64,000 nt of DNA, taken from Camelus dromedarius (taxonomy: Eukaryota). Under the pieces are notes generated by a model, which made no database searches, was not told the origin of the DNA, and was given only the letters and a program-made list of their open reading frames with translations. The stretch spans positions 63,056,001-63,120,000 of the forward strand of contig NC_087436.1 of the NCBI RefSeq assembly GCF_036321535.1. Reading direction: 5' to 3'. The position numbers and the translations under genes are program-made. Positions 25,621-38,830 of this stretch are shown piece by piece; the first letter of the stretch is position 1; each line of letters starts with the position of its first letter.

Positions 25621-27329
25621 GCGGGAAAAATGACCACCATCTCAATTTTATGAGTATATGTGAATTTATAAAATCAAATGCATTAATTAAAGTATTGAAT
25701 TTTTCTAATACTAAATTTTGTCTAGTAGGTCTATACCAGTTAAAGAAAGATGTATTACATAGCAGCTGCGTTTTATTTCAATCATCTTGTATTTCTGAAT
25801 GATTTTGTTTCACATGTTTAGCTGCTGTGTTGTGTTGTAGTGCAACCAACTTTATAATTATTATTCACTTTTCATTATAAATTGTGCTTTAGATTGTCTC
25901 TGTGTGTGTGTGTGTCAAACAAGGTGGAATTTAATATTATATGACAAAGTGAATAAAGAGGACAATGTATAAAAGTTATTTTAGGAAGCCAACTACTTTT
26001 AATTCAATTTGTTTCCCAAATCTCTCTCTTCAGGGCTCAATAATTATTCTAAAGAAATATAGATGTTACACAGTTTTTGAAAAAAATGTCTGTTTTTCTC
26101 CTGTGCTAATTAACATTTTAATCCTTCAACTTTATTTTGTTCATCTTTTCAACTTCAAGGCTCTGATATAGTTTACTTTCATAACCATGAAATATGCAAA
26201 ATTATATATAATTATAAAAGTATATTTCCAAATCATTTTAGAAAACAGGGACAAAATTTCCCTGAAGGAATTTTTAGACAATTAAAGCACTAAAAAATCA
26301 TAACTTAATATCAAAGGATAAGAGGTCTAAACATATGCATGATATTCAGAAATGCACTGATTCATTTTCTCTTAGCTTGCTATGATTTTTCATGGTTTAT
26401 ATTTCTACGTGAAGTAGAATCTTGAAAATAATCCTCCATTTCTTTTTCATCCTATTTCCCTCTTATTTCTATGTTTAATATAGTTATATAAGTTTGACTT
26501 TATTTACTTATTCAAGATAATACACACAGTGATTAAATAACTGTTGAAATAAAGATGATTATAAGAATACCATTCACTTGTAAGTGTTCGAATTATCAAA
26601 CTTAATTTCACTTTTACTACAAGATCATTAGAAAAGAGCCTACTTGTTACCATTTGCAAGGCATTCATTATACTTCCAATTAAATTGGATAATGAGTAAG
26701 TTAATATTTTGCTGGGTGTACTGAATGGGGTATTCTCTGTGTATGTGTAATACTGAGTTTTTCTGATTATAAGGAAGGTAACATGAGCTAATTGGGGAAG
26801 TCTTAATAAATATTTCTGTATATTTTTCAGTAATTTCTCTTTGTGTCTGTGAATGTGTATGTCATATACTTCAAGAAATAACTATTTTTATGTGATAAAT
26901 TCATGTAAGTGGAACAAATGGACTAAAGATAAATCAGATACAGATGCTTCTGACCACATTATAGAAACTTGCAGCAAACATGTTCTAGAAAACAATACAT
27001 TTAATTATCTCACAAAACAGAAGTTTCAGAAGTATGTAAGCTTTGAGTATAAAACTATCAAGATTTCTTCTCTGTTTTTCTGTATTTTATGGCCTCTGCC
27101 TTCCCACCATGCTGGTTTTGTTATCAGCCTGACTTCTCCCATAGGTTTAAGGGGGCTGCTAGCAACAAATGAGGCAATGTGCTTTCTTGTTTGTGCCCAA
27201 GAGAAAACAGATCCCAATTATTTGGGCTAGGTCATATTTTCACTCCTGGACCAATTAGATTTACCAGAAAGAAGTCCTGGAGGTTGTTAATAACCACAGA
27301 AAAATAAAGGGGATAGAATTACAATCATA

Positions 27330-27670
27330 GATTTTGCACATGCCAATTCCTCTGCCTGGAGTATTCTTTTCCAAGGCTGTCACATTTTCCTCTCTTTGCA
27401 TCATTCAGGTATGGATTCATCTGTTACCTATTAAAAGTGGTATTTCTGAATTCCTATCTAAAATGTCTTCTCTAGGTGTCCCCTCACGACAAACATTTCA
27501 TGTTCCATTGATTTCTGTAACATGTTACTGGTTAAATTCACATTATTTATTATTGTATATGCATAATTATTTTTCATTTCCTTCACTAGAAGGAAAGCAG
27601 TGTTTATATTCCCCCTACCAGAATCTAAGCAGCTTAAAACATCTCTGCCTTGTTTATTGCTGAATTCCCT
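27330..27670 (+). mobile_element. L2 remnant
   Basis: 'tttgcacatgccaattcctctgcctggagtattctttt...', ending 'tgtttattgctgaatt'. Confidence 0.6.
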
Positions 27671-27877
27671 GAATATGACACACAGAAGTTCAAAAAAATA
27701 TTTTCCGAAAGAAAGAAAAGACAGAAGGAAGCAAAGAGAAAAGGAGGGAAAGGTGGGAGGGAGGGAGGAAAGAAAGAAGAAAAGTGAAGAAAAACGAAGG
27801 TGAATGTGTGAGTACACTCAGATGACACATCAAAACACTACTGCTCTGGCTTTCATGTAACTGACCAGATTAGTATC

Positions 27878-28897
27878 TGTAATAGCTACTGTGATGGTTA
27901 AGTTTATGTGTTGACTTGACTGGACTAAGGAATGACAGATAGCTTGTAAAACATTATTTCCGGGTATATGTGTGAGGGTGTTTCTGGAAGAGATTAGCAT
28001 TTGAATCACTAAACTGTGTAAACCAGATTCCCCCTCACCAACATGAGTGGGCATCATCCAAACCAGTGAGGACCTGAATAGATCAAAAAGGCAGAGGAAG
28101 GGTGAATTTTCTCCCTTCTTGAAGTAGAACATCCGTCTTCTCCTGCCCTAAGACAGAAGAGCTCCTGGAGACACTGAAGCTCTGGGTCTTTGAACTCTAA
28201 GACTTACACCAGCTGCCTCCTTCGTTCTTAGCCTTCTGACTTAACACAGATTATACCACCCACTTTCCTGGTTCTCCAACTTGCAGATGGCATATCTCAG
28301 CCTGCATAATTGCATGACCCAAATCCCATAATAAATCTCTTTTTCTATGTCTCTATATATCCTATTGGTTTTGTTTCTCTGGAGAATCCTAATACAGTTA
28401 TATACTGCTGTAAAAAATTACTCTAAGATTTATCGGCTGCAGGGATACACATTTATTATCTCAAACAGTTTCAGAAGACCAGGAATCTGGCATCAGGTTA
28501 GCTGAGTGTTTCTAGTCCAGATCCCTCCTGAGGTTGTAATCAAGTTGTCATTTGAGACTGCAGACTTCTAAAGGCTTGACTGGGTCTTAAGGAACTGCTT
28601 TCAAGCTCATTCCTGTGGCTGTGGACAAAAGGGCTCAATTCTTTCTCATGTGGAGTTACCACAGAGTTGCTCATAAAAATATAAATGCATCTCCCCAGAT
28701 GTGTAATCCAAAAAAGAGGAATGTGAGCAAACAAGACAGAAGCCAAAATGACTTTTATAACCTAATTTCAGAAGTGACATAACATCACATCTGTTATATT
28801 CTACTAGTCATACTAGTCCTGTTTTAGAGAAATAGACAAGGATATGACTATGTAAGGGGTCGGATCACTGGAAGCAATCATGGAGGTTGATACCACA
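27878..28897 (-). mobile_element. MaLR LTR (MLT1F-like), 3' LTR of the provirus, split by MLT2 insertion
   Basis: tgtaata(gctac)[MLT2]gttatatactgctgtaaaaaattac rebuilds the MLT1 terminus TGTATTAGTTATCTATTGCTG; other end 'tggaggttgataccaca'. Confidence 0.8.
27890..28396 (+). mobile_element. Full-length MLT2-type ERVL solo LTR
   Basis: TGTGATGGTTAAGTTTATGTGTTGACTTGACTGG ... CTCTGGAGAATCCTAATACA, TG..CA termini, degenerate 5-bp TSD gctac/gttat. Confidence 0.9.
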
Positions 28898-30292
28898 ATT
28901 CACTCTCTGCCTCCAGGTGATCTTTCTCAGTCAAACTCTCCAAGGCCCACAGCAGGCTAAGCCCATTATGAGATCAGTTAAATATCCAAAATCTTGTTCA
29001 TCTAAATCAGGTCTAGGTGCAGATATGGCTTTTTAGATACAGTTTCTCAAGTACAGCCCTTTGGGTACAGTTTCTCTCAATCTATAGACCTATGACTTAA
29101 AGAGACAACATACCACAAACACACACACCCCAAACATATAATAGTAAAATTACCCTAGGATTCTCACCAGAAACATTTTTATTCAGAAGAGGGAAATAGT
29201 AGGCACACAGGAATATTTGTCCATAGCAGATCTGAAATCTAGCTAGGAAAATGTTGAACATTCCTTGATTAGGACTCAATTCTTCTTCTGCCCAGGAGTT
29301 TTTCTCCAAAGTTCTTAATTCAGCTTAGAGACATGCTTCCTTTTGGTTTTTTTCCCATTAAAAATAGCACATGTGTGCCACTGAGTTTTCTTATCTGCTA
29401 GTAGAATTTGGGGCATGCAATAACCCCTTTTCCTTATGTATGGTGGGTGTACTTTTGAGTCCAAGCTGGCAATTTTTTCCGCAAGTATAGAAATATAATT
29501 TTTAAATGTGTAGGTATTTTGGGAATCTTACTGGTGTTCACTCCACTTGACAAACCTACATCCACAAATCTCCTTTTGGCTTCTGAGATAGCTGACAGAC
29601 AGCACCCTTAAGCATCTCAGAACCTCTGCTGTTTAATTGAGAGAACCATGAAGCATAGCCTTAATACTCTTAAAAGGGTGTTGTCTATCTCAGTGCTCTG
29701 AGACGCCATCTTTCATCATACTGAGATTTGAACAAAGGATTTTACAGTCCCCATCCATCCTCATCTCACCTTTAGACTATATTTTTCAGAGTTCCCTGGA
29801 TTGAATCTTTGCTTGGTAACAACTTATTATTTTCAGCATCATTTTCTATCTGTAAAGGCTGAGAATTTCCAAAACTATTAAGTCTTGTCTCCTTTATGCA
29901 TAACAGTCCTGTCCTCAAGGTCTCTCTCTCATCTCACATTTTTCTATAAGTAGCAAAAAGAATTCAGACAGTACCCTCAACTCTGTTTAAAAAACTCTTT
30001 AGATTATCCTGTTAATTAGGCACACTTTCTACCTTACTCACTTCTGCAGGCAAGATTACTGATAAACTTTCTGCTTCTGCTTAACAGTGATCTCCTTCCT
30101 CCAGTTTCTAAGACAATTTTCCTTACTTTCTTGGAAGCCCACACAGGCTGCCTTATATAAGACTATGGAGCTTCTAGGAACAAGGTACTTCAGGCTTTAA
30201 CTTAACACTGTCCTCACATGGTTGCCTGGTTTCAAAGATATGCCCGCATTCTGGTTTTAGTTATGACAGCACTCTACTCTTAGTCCAAGCTC
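28898..30292 (-). mobile_element. MaLR internal region (MLT1-int)
   Basis: ~1.4 kb between two homologous, co-oriented MLT1 LTRs; no intact ORF. Confidence 0.75.
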
Positions 30293-30797
30293 TGTATGAG
30301 TTACCTATTTCTGCATTTAAGAATTATTCCAAAACTTAGTGGCATAAAATGACAAACATTTATCATTTCACAGTTTCAGTGGGTTAGAAATCTGGGCACA
30401 GCTTTACTGGTACCTTTGGCTCAAGGCCTTTCATGAGGTAGTGTTCACAGTTTCAGCTGAGACTGTACTTTCTTGAGAAGGTTCGACTGGGGGAGTACAT
30501 TTTTAAACTTACTTACATAATCGTCCCTGGTCACTTGCTATTTGGGTCTCTCTACAAGGCTGGTTCACAGCATGGGGCCTGAGTTCTCCTGGGGTGAGTG
30601 ATTTCAAAAGAAAATGAGAGTACTCAGGATAGGAGTCACAGCTTTTTTATAAACTTATAATATGATTCCTTCTGCTATGTAACATAAATGGAAGTGAGGC
30701 AAAAAGCCAAACCCTCACTCAATGGAAGGTACTATACCTGGGCGTGAAAAACAAGAGGAGGGACTACTAGGGACCAGCTTAGTGGCTGCTGGCCACA
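30293..30797 (-). mobile_element. MaLR LTR (MLT1F-like), 5' LTR of the provirus
   Basis: 'tgtatgagttacctatttctgc...ccaaaacttagtggcataaaatgacaaacatttatcatttcacagtttc' ... 'cttagtggctgctggccaca'. Confidence 0.85.
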
Positions 30798-33700
30798 GAA
30801 CCTATCCAGTTAAACCACAGCCCAGGCATTCCCAGTCCAGTAATGAGTCCTCTGGGGTAAGAGGGATAAGAATGAACAGCTGAATATTCAGAGGCAGGGG
30901 AGGAATTTTTTTCTTTCTTCTAAACTTATGATAAAAATATTTCTTCTTTGTTTTAAATTTCTGTTCTGATAGGATCTTTGTGTGAAATATGTAAGTAATC
31001 TAGAGGTAATTACTGAAGTTAGCTATGAAAGCAATCTGAAATATTCTAGGAAGTCAAACCTATGTCTTTGCAATTCCTAAAAATTCCTAAAAATTTCCTT
31101 TCAAAGATGGTCTTTGAAATTCCTAGTTGTGTTAGCACCTAAGAATGCAGTTTCTATTGTAACTATCATTCACTTAACATCTATAATGTATGTTTCTGCT
31201 GCATATTCAGTAAGATACTTCCAAACTTTATACTTTTGTCTTTTACTCTCTATGGGACTTAAGACACTACTTAAAAGGTACAACTCTCACTTTCTGCATT
31301 CAGTCTTTTTTGTTTACAGCACGTCCTGCGGCATTCTGCCCCTTTTCTGTGTTGATCCCTCAGCCTGGAACTCTCTCCACACACATCATCATCTCACCAT
31401 CATGCCTTTCCTGCCCCCAAACTTTATGTAGATAACCCTACTAATTTAACTTCTGTTCATCCCTTAGTCTTATCTTAAACACGATTTCCTCAAGATTCTG
31501 ATCTGTGGCAACATTACTAAAGAGCCTTATAAAAAAACTTCCTTAAAGGTGACTCAAAGGCTTTACACTATTTTGCTGAAATAAGTTTATAAAAGAGTAC
31601 TAGTTGACTCTTAAAATCTACTTGGGAGGACTTCCTTGTTTTTTGTTTGGTTATATTTCTTTTCCTACTCTTTTTGCTTATATATTTCCTCAAATTATCA
31701 AAAATGATTGTTGCCTTTTATTTGCCAATGTTAGAAATATGGAAATATTATGTTTGTTTGCTTTTATTGTGGTACTCTTTGAATGTCATTGTTTGCACAA
31801 CTTGTCAGCAAACAAGACTTCACTGTTAATTAGCATTCAAATAAGATAGTGATTCAAATATTTCCATATTCTGAATTTATCAAAACTCTGTGTAAATTAA
31901 AGGCAATAGGATTTCAAGAAAGCAATAAAGGAAAAACTATAATTCCCAATTAGACATAAATTCAGACTTAAATGTAGTATTTACTGATGAAACAACAAAA
32001 CTCGGCTGGCCAAACTTTTTAGATACATTGAAAACATACATAGATATTAAAGAAGTTCTGAGAATTTAAGCTTAGTGACCAGGTAGAAATGTTTTCCTTT
32101 TATAAATGAATCTTTCTTAAAGGAAGACTTTCTTAAAGTCCTTATTTTATTGTTTCAGTATTTAAATAGCAGAAACTCCTTCTCATTACAAAAACTTATT
32201 AATCTTTTACAAAGAATAAAACATGAGAATGCCATGTTTCCCAGAGAAATTGAGAATCTTTTGACTGACGTGGACACAGATGACCTGTTGTGAATAGATG
32301 AAGTTGAATTTGTCCAATCACCCATATTTACTGTTAGAAAATGTGACAGGGGTCTGTTCATATGTCCACTGTGATTATAATTTGATAATTTATTACAATT
32401 AGTAAACATAAACAATAGTGCTTTACCCAAACATAAAAGTATATGTAAAATAAATGTTGAACTAATTAAGGATATTGATTGTAGGGACAGAATGCATTGG
32501 ACTAGGCAATGAAGAAGAATTCGGTTACAAATAATCTGAGATTGAAGGAATTTAACTGTCCCCAAAGTTTCATATTTTGTGAGTCCCAGGAATGAGGGTA
32601 GGGGAAAGAAGATAGAAAAGGGTTTGAATTTTTGAAAATACTAAAATCTGCAAATAGATTAAAAACACAGTAATTTTTCCAAGTGCCTAATATACTTAAA
32701 AACTGTGTAATTATAAGCATGTATGATGAATAGTCATAAGCCACTCTTCAGTGAATTAGAATTTATTAGAATAAAATAGTCGTATTCTGTGTTGTTTTCA
32801 AAAGAGCATGACTTTTTCCCATAATTGTGACTAAAATTATCTCAAAGAATAACTTACATCACCCTTGAGTCTTGAAAAGCAGATTAAAATAAGTCAATAC
32901 CTTGTGGATAAACTTCAGAATTTTTTAAACAGTTCCTTTATAGCCTCTAATACAATGAATTGACCCATGCTTGTCAAGATCTGATAATTATTAAGGATTT
33001 AAAAATATGATATAAGGAGACTAATAAAAATAGCCAGAATGTAATTATTGGGATGAAGTAAGCAGTAACAGATTTACACTGTCAGCATACCACATATCTT
33101 TCTAGAAAAATACTATCAATTAATGGTTTGTACTATAACATCAATTAAAACCAGACTCTGAGAGAAAGACCACTTCCTTCAAGCCTTGCAGTTCTTGTCA
33201 GAATATCAGAGAAGGTGCACAAAAGAAGCCAGAAAAGAAGGCCTTCAAATATTGGTAAAAAAGCAAAACTATGAATAATGAAGTCAGACATGGAATGTAG
33301 CAAATAAATTTCACTAATTTCAAATCCTTAATTATACTTTTATTTGTGTATATACTTTTAACTTAACTGTGCAAACTTTTTTACAGAAAAAATTTGAATA
33401 TTTAAATATTCTAAAATATTTGGTATATTTTTAAAAATAAAAATATGTTCTTCTTCCATATGACTTTCTCATATTATTTATTTTCCATATTAGATTATTG
33501 TTTAAAAAATCTATAATTTATTTTGTATATTCACATTATTATATGTGAATACATTATTAAGTAGCCACTTATAAATTTTAAAACTAACTTCTAAATTATG
33601 TTAATTCTCTTTTTTTCTGAGTGGCATTTAAAGGATAGTTCAACTCTATCCTTATTAGGATATTTTAGGTTATACAGTATGCAATTTCTTGAAGACACAA

Positions 33701-34913
33701 TTGTATATGACTGTCTAGTCTCACAGGTACACATTACACTGGTAAATTACATATTAGAGCAAGAGAAAGAGCTATAATTTACGTATTGGAAGTTCACCCT
33801 CTTAACAGCAATGAGTGTATGTGACCCAGGACCAAACGTAATTTTCATTATCCAGTAAACAGTAAGACAGCCAATTAAATGCCTTATAGTATTCCATAGA
33901 TTTAAAACTGCAGATCATATAGTAATCTATCAATAACATTATTGAGGAACCAGCTTCAAAGTAAATGAAATAAAGTGAAGTTGAGAGAAGGTAATTGTTT
34001 TAAATTAATATGATTTTAGGAAGAAATATCTGTGGTAAGAAAATTAAAGTTTAAATGGAAGCTGTCCACAGAGTTGCTTAAATTCTTCAAAGCTTTCTCT
34101 GCTACACAAAAGTCTCCTGATTGTGATAGGGTGAAAGAACCTTAATTTAATGCGTATGGGGATGTTTTGTATGGACCATGACGTATGCCATATGTTAACT
34201 GAATTTCCACTATTAGTTTTTCTTCTATTCACCACAAACACATTCTTTAAACATACTCTTGGCTTGCAAAGTGTACCCTTTCAGTTAGTTGTCAATTTTG
34301 TGGCCCACTGGAGTAGGAGCCATTTCTAACTGCAGTGTACATCAAGGCAAATTGACACAGACCAAGTGCATAAACATGAATGAGTAAGCATAGATCTGTA
34401 AGTTTGTCTTCTACTTTCATTAAAACAATCAGAAATGAAAGATCACTAAAACACTGCATTTCTTCTGATATCTCAAAATTTTTAGACTGTTAGAAATTAT
34501 AATCTGATATAAAATATTCATTATTTTTTTGCTTGACATTTTAGGAATTTTAGGCTGGTAGAAATACATCATTTGAGATCAAGAAAAGAAATTATTCTGC
34601 CTAACTAAAAAAGTGATCATGTAATCCTCTGACATACGGAGAAAGCTATCAAAGTGAAGCCAGGCAAAAGAAAATAATTTTTAATGTAAACAAATTAAAA
34701 AATTGAGAAACATTAAAGACTAGTAAGGTCATAAAAACGTGTTTAGACCATATGCATATTAATTCCATTTCAATTCATTCCAAGTAATGAATGTATAAGC
34801 AGTTTTAAACTAAATAAGAAACAGTTAAATTTTGCCCCAACATTGAGATGAACTTAAATTTATTTGCAGTTTAGGAACCTATTTTAAGAAGGTATCAACT
34901 TATCAAAATAGAG

Positions 34914-35170
34914 TGGTATAGCAAACACAATTTATCACTTAATAGCCATTCTTCCCCAGCCTCTACTTCTAAGCTTATAGAAACTTGGTGCTACTTAGGT
35001 GTCAGGCAAAGCTGTTTAGGGATGAGATTTTTCCCCAACCTCAAGGAAGAAATCATAATTAGTCTAAGACAATCATTGCAATACCACTCCCTTTGAAGAA
35101 AGTTGTCCATCTTATCCACCTCTAGCTATTCTGATATGATGGAAAGTCTGCTGGAGGGTATTTTTTGAGC
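34914..35170 (+). mobile_element. Old MaLR LTR fragment (MLT1J/K-like)
   Basis: 'atagccattcttcccc', 'cataattagtctaagacaatcattgcaataccactccc', 'ggaaagtctgctggaggg'. Confidence 0.5.
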
Positions 35171-35239
35171 TTCATCTGACCAAAATAACTGCATAAAGAA
35201 ATACTAAATGAGCTTGTTCACTTAGGCATATTATCTTTA

Positions 35240-35645
35240 CCACCTCTCAGGTTCAGACTCTTGCTTATTTCATTTCAATGACAATCTGGCTGATTTCCCA
35301 GTACCTTCCTTATTCCACTCAAATTCATCTTTACAGTTGTCAGAGTAAACTATTAAATACGCAAATATGACCATGTTAATCCCCTGCTTAAATTCACTCA
35401 GTAACTACTCTGTTATCTACAAGACCCAATCTTCATTTTCACAGGAACTCTTCCCATATCCCATCTCCTTTACCCAAGGATGGTTAAAATGTCAACTTTT
35501 CCATTATAAACATCAGTATATACGACTTCTCAGGACAATGTGAGTTTCTTGACTACAGTGGTAACTTATTTATTTCTCTACACTCAGTACACAGGACAGT
35601 TCACATGACATAAAAGAAACATTACAAATACTTGCTGAATAGTGA
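35240..35645 (+). mobile_element. L2 remnant
   Basis: 'cagagtaaactattaaatacgcaaatatgaccatgttaatcccctgcttaaa', ending 'aaatacttgctgaatagtgaa'. Confidence 0.7.
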
Positions 35646-37551
35646 AATTAATAGTGTAGCCATACTTATTTAAAAGGAACATTTATTTAGTTATTATGTT
35701 TAAATAGATCTCCAAACAACAAGGAAAATAGATTTGGGGATACATCATTTGTCACAGCATGCAGTATTATCCATGTCTGTGGTATGGTACTTTAAAACCA
35801 TTTCACACTCAATTCTGGAGGCAATTTGAGCCTTATGCAACCTGATGTGAAACTCTGAGAGGAGCTTTTGAGCTTCAGAAATTTTGACTCCCCTCAGGAG
35901 AATGAGAATCAGAAAGGAAATGGTTAAATTTTATCATACTCTTCTAAAATCTCCTTGTTAATATAAATGTCTCATAAACATGGGGCTTCTCAATACACTT
36001 TCAGTCAATATTTGTTGAATCTTTGAGCTATTTGTACTGTACATTATTCTATCTTCTGCAACATAACTGGAAATATATCTTTAACTCCAAAGAATTTGTA
36101 TCATCTGTGCTATTCTTTCTCTTATCTCACAAGAAAAATTTAATCTTCCAGTTCTAACAGCCATAGATTGAACACACATCATTGGCAAAAAAAAGTGGCA
36201 AAATGCTGAAACACGGCAAGTCAAGTCACTGTTTGCAGATGATATGGTCAAAAGAGACAAAGTAATCATTTATCTTAAGAAAAAATACTTATTAAATATA
36301 TTTCCACATTCATTTTTAATGCCAGGTCATTCACTTTTCAGGTGCTTTCACTAACTTTTTTTCAAGAAAGTCTTTCTGTTTCTACATAAAATTTAATGAC
36401 ATTTTACTTTAGTCTAATTGTAAGTGCAAATTTCAGTGAATTTTTACAAAGCAAACACACTAATGAAACCACCACTCTGATAAAATATTTGAATGTTGGC
36501 AGCCCTCTGAAAGTTGCTCTTGTGTTCCTTCTTAGTATTCCACACAAAAGTAAACACTCTCCTGACTTTTATCACCATGAATTAGTTCACATATTTTTGA
36601 ACTATAAGTAAATAGAATCCTACATTGTATCATATTTTATGTTTGATTTTAATTGCTTAACATTATCTTTTAAGATTTATGCAGATCATTGAAGGTAGCA
36701 AATTTTTTTTTCTCATTCCTACAAAGCATTCATTGTTTGACAATAACAGAGTTTGTTTATTCATTTTACTTTAAATGGATATTTCAGCTGTACATAGATT
36801 GAGGCTAATGTGGATAACCCAATTAGGAACATTCTAGAGCATATGTGTTGGTGCACACATATATGCATTTTAGTTGAAAATACTTCAGAGATTTGAATCA
36901 TCGGGCCATAGGGAATTCATAAATCCACTTTAATAGAAAAATATAAACAGTTTTCCAAAGTGGTTTTTATTGATTTTAACTTACACCTGAAGTATATGAA
37001 TGTTTCATTTGTTCTGTATTGTTGCCAACAGCGGCAAAAGCTTTCTTCTAAAATTGTAGCCATGTCTTTAAAGATTATAACACAACATGGCTTTAATTTG
37101 CATTCCCCTGGTAAAAAATCATGTTAAACACAGTATCACATGTTTACTGGCAATTTGAATACTATCTTTTGAAATATGAAGTGGCTGGTCAATCTTTGCC
37201 CATTTTTATTAGATTCCTTTCCTTTTTCATATTATTATATAGCAGTTTCTTTTACTTTCTGCATTTGAATCATTTGTCAGAAAAATATTTTGGAAATGAT
37301 TTCTGTGATTCTTTGACTTACATTTTCACACTTAACAGTATCCTGTGATAAATATATTTTCATACGTATATGTATTCCACTTTATCAGTCTTTTTTTTTA
37401 ATCATCAATACTATTTTGTTCTATTTGAAAAATATTTGTGTTTTCAAGGACATAAAGATAGTCTGTGTTAAACTACCAGCTTTTTTCCTCTTTCCCAATT
37501 TATGTCTACTAGCTATTTAATATATATGCATTTATGGTGCTAAGTATATAA

Positions 37552-37739
37552 CAATGGTGTACAATATGGTAGCCACAAGCACTATATTTATTTAAATTAA
37601 AATTAATTAAATTTAAAAATTTAGTTTATATGTCACATTATTCACAAATCAAGTGCTCAACAACCATATGTAGCTAAGGGCTACCGCATCTAGGAGACGT
37701 AGAACACTGCCATTATACAGAAATCTTTGAACTGTGCTG
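37552..37739 (-). mobile_element. MER3-like hAT-Charlie DNA transposon
   Basis: 'tgtacaatatggtagccacaagc...caagtgctcaacaaccatatgtagctaagggctacc...agaacactgccattatacagaaa...ctgtgctg'. Confidence 0.8.
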
Positions 37740-37855
37740 GTCTAGAGTCACTTTTCCCCCTCATATTTAATTGTTGCAACACCGTTTGTTAAAAACACTA
37801 TTTCCAAATCAATTTTACAAAGAATATTTATCATAAAAAAAAGCTGTCAACATAG

Positions 37856-38830
37856 TGAAAAGAAAAAATGTTGTCTGCCATTCCAGTTCTACAAGGATCA
37901 AGCCATTAGCCACTGCAGTCACCCACCAATAGTGCACCCTGAGGGGAATTCAGGTTGAAGAAAAATGAAGCACTCTGTGCTTTCGAGTTAAGGTACGTAT
38001 CTAAGGAAAAATTTCAATGAGCCCAGATTCTTTATTTTCTCATCCATACACAGAAAAGCATTAAAAATCATTAATTTGAGATGTCTATTCTTTGTGATGA
38101 GCAGTAATATTTTTATGTTTGACTATATGTTTTTCCCAACAAAAAAATTCATATGTACCCTTACGTCTTCAGAGCAGTTCCTCAGCACTATCTGAGAGGC
38201 TGTCTCTGAGGCTGTATTTTAAGTTTTCCAAATAAAACTTAGGTCACAATTTACAATAGCTAAGTCATGGAAGCAACCTAAATGCCCACTGACAAATGAC
38301 TGGATAAAGAAATTGTGGTATATATACAATGGAATACTACTCAGCCATAAAAAGAATGAAATAATGCCATTTGCAGCAACATGAATGAACCCAGAGACTA
38401 TCAGACAAAGTGAAGTTAAGTCAGAGAGATAAAGAAAAATATCATATGATATCACTTACATGTGGAATCCAAAAAAAATGTAAATGAACTTATTTACAAA
38501 ACAGAAACAGACACAGACACAGAAAACAAACTTATGGCTACTGAGGAGAAAAGGAGGGAGGGGAATGATAAATTAGGAGTTTGGGATTAGCAGATACAAA
38601 CTACTATATATAAACTAGATAAACAACAAGATCCTACTGTATAGCATAGGGAACTATATTCAGTATCTTGTAATAGTCTATAATGAAGAAGAATATGAAA
38701 AAGACTATACGTATAACTGAATCATTATGCTGTACACTAGAAACTAACACAACATTGGAAATCAACTACATTTCAAATAAAAAAACTTAAATCACAATTT
38801 TTATGTTGTGTATTTTTATTTCAGTCCACA
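37856..38830 (+). mobile_element. ERV1-class solo LTR interrupted by an L1 3' fragment
   Basis: 'cagagcagttcctcagcactatctgagaggctgtctc...aataaaactta' continues after the L1 as 'aatcacaatttttatgttgtgtatttttatttcagtccaca'. Confidence 0.7.
38242..38781 (+). mobile_element. L1 3' fragment (cetartiodactyl type) with 8-bp TSD
   Basis: Homologous to 11755-12290; TSD aaaactta at 38234-38241 and 38782-38789. Confidence 0.92.

Noticed and set aside
26853..27230. 125-aa + strand ORF as a coding exon
   Set aside because: No recognisable homology or convincing in-frame acceptor, and the 3' part runs into repeat-like sequence.
27600..27803. K/E/R-rich ORF
   Set aside because: Translation of a purine-rich simple repeat.
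36215..36250. 'FADDM' reverse-transcriptase motif (ctgtttgcagatgatatg)
   Set aside because: Only ~30 bp resembles L1 RT with no flanking ORF2 homology; at most a tiny fragment.
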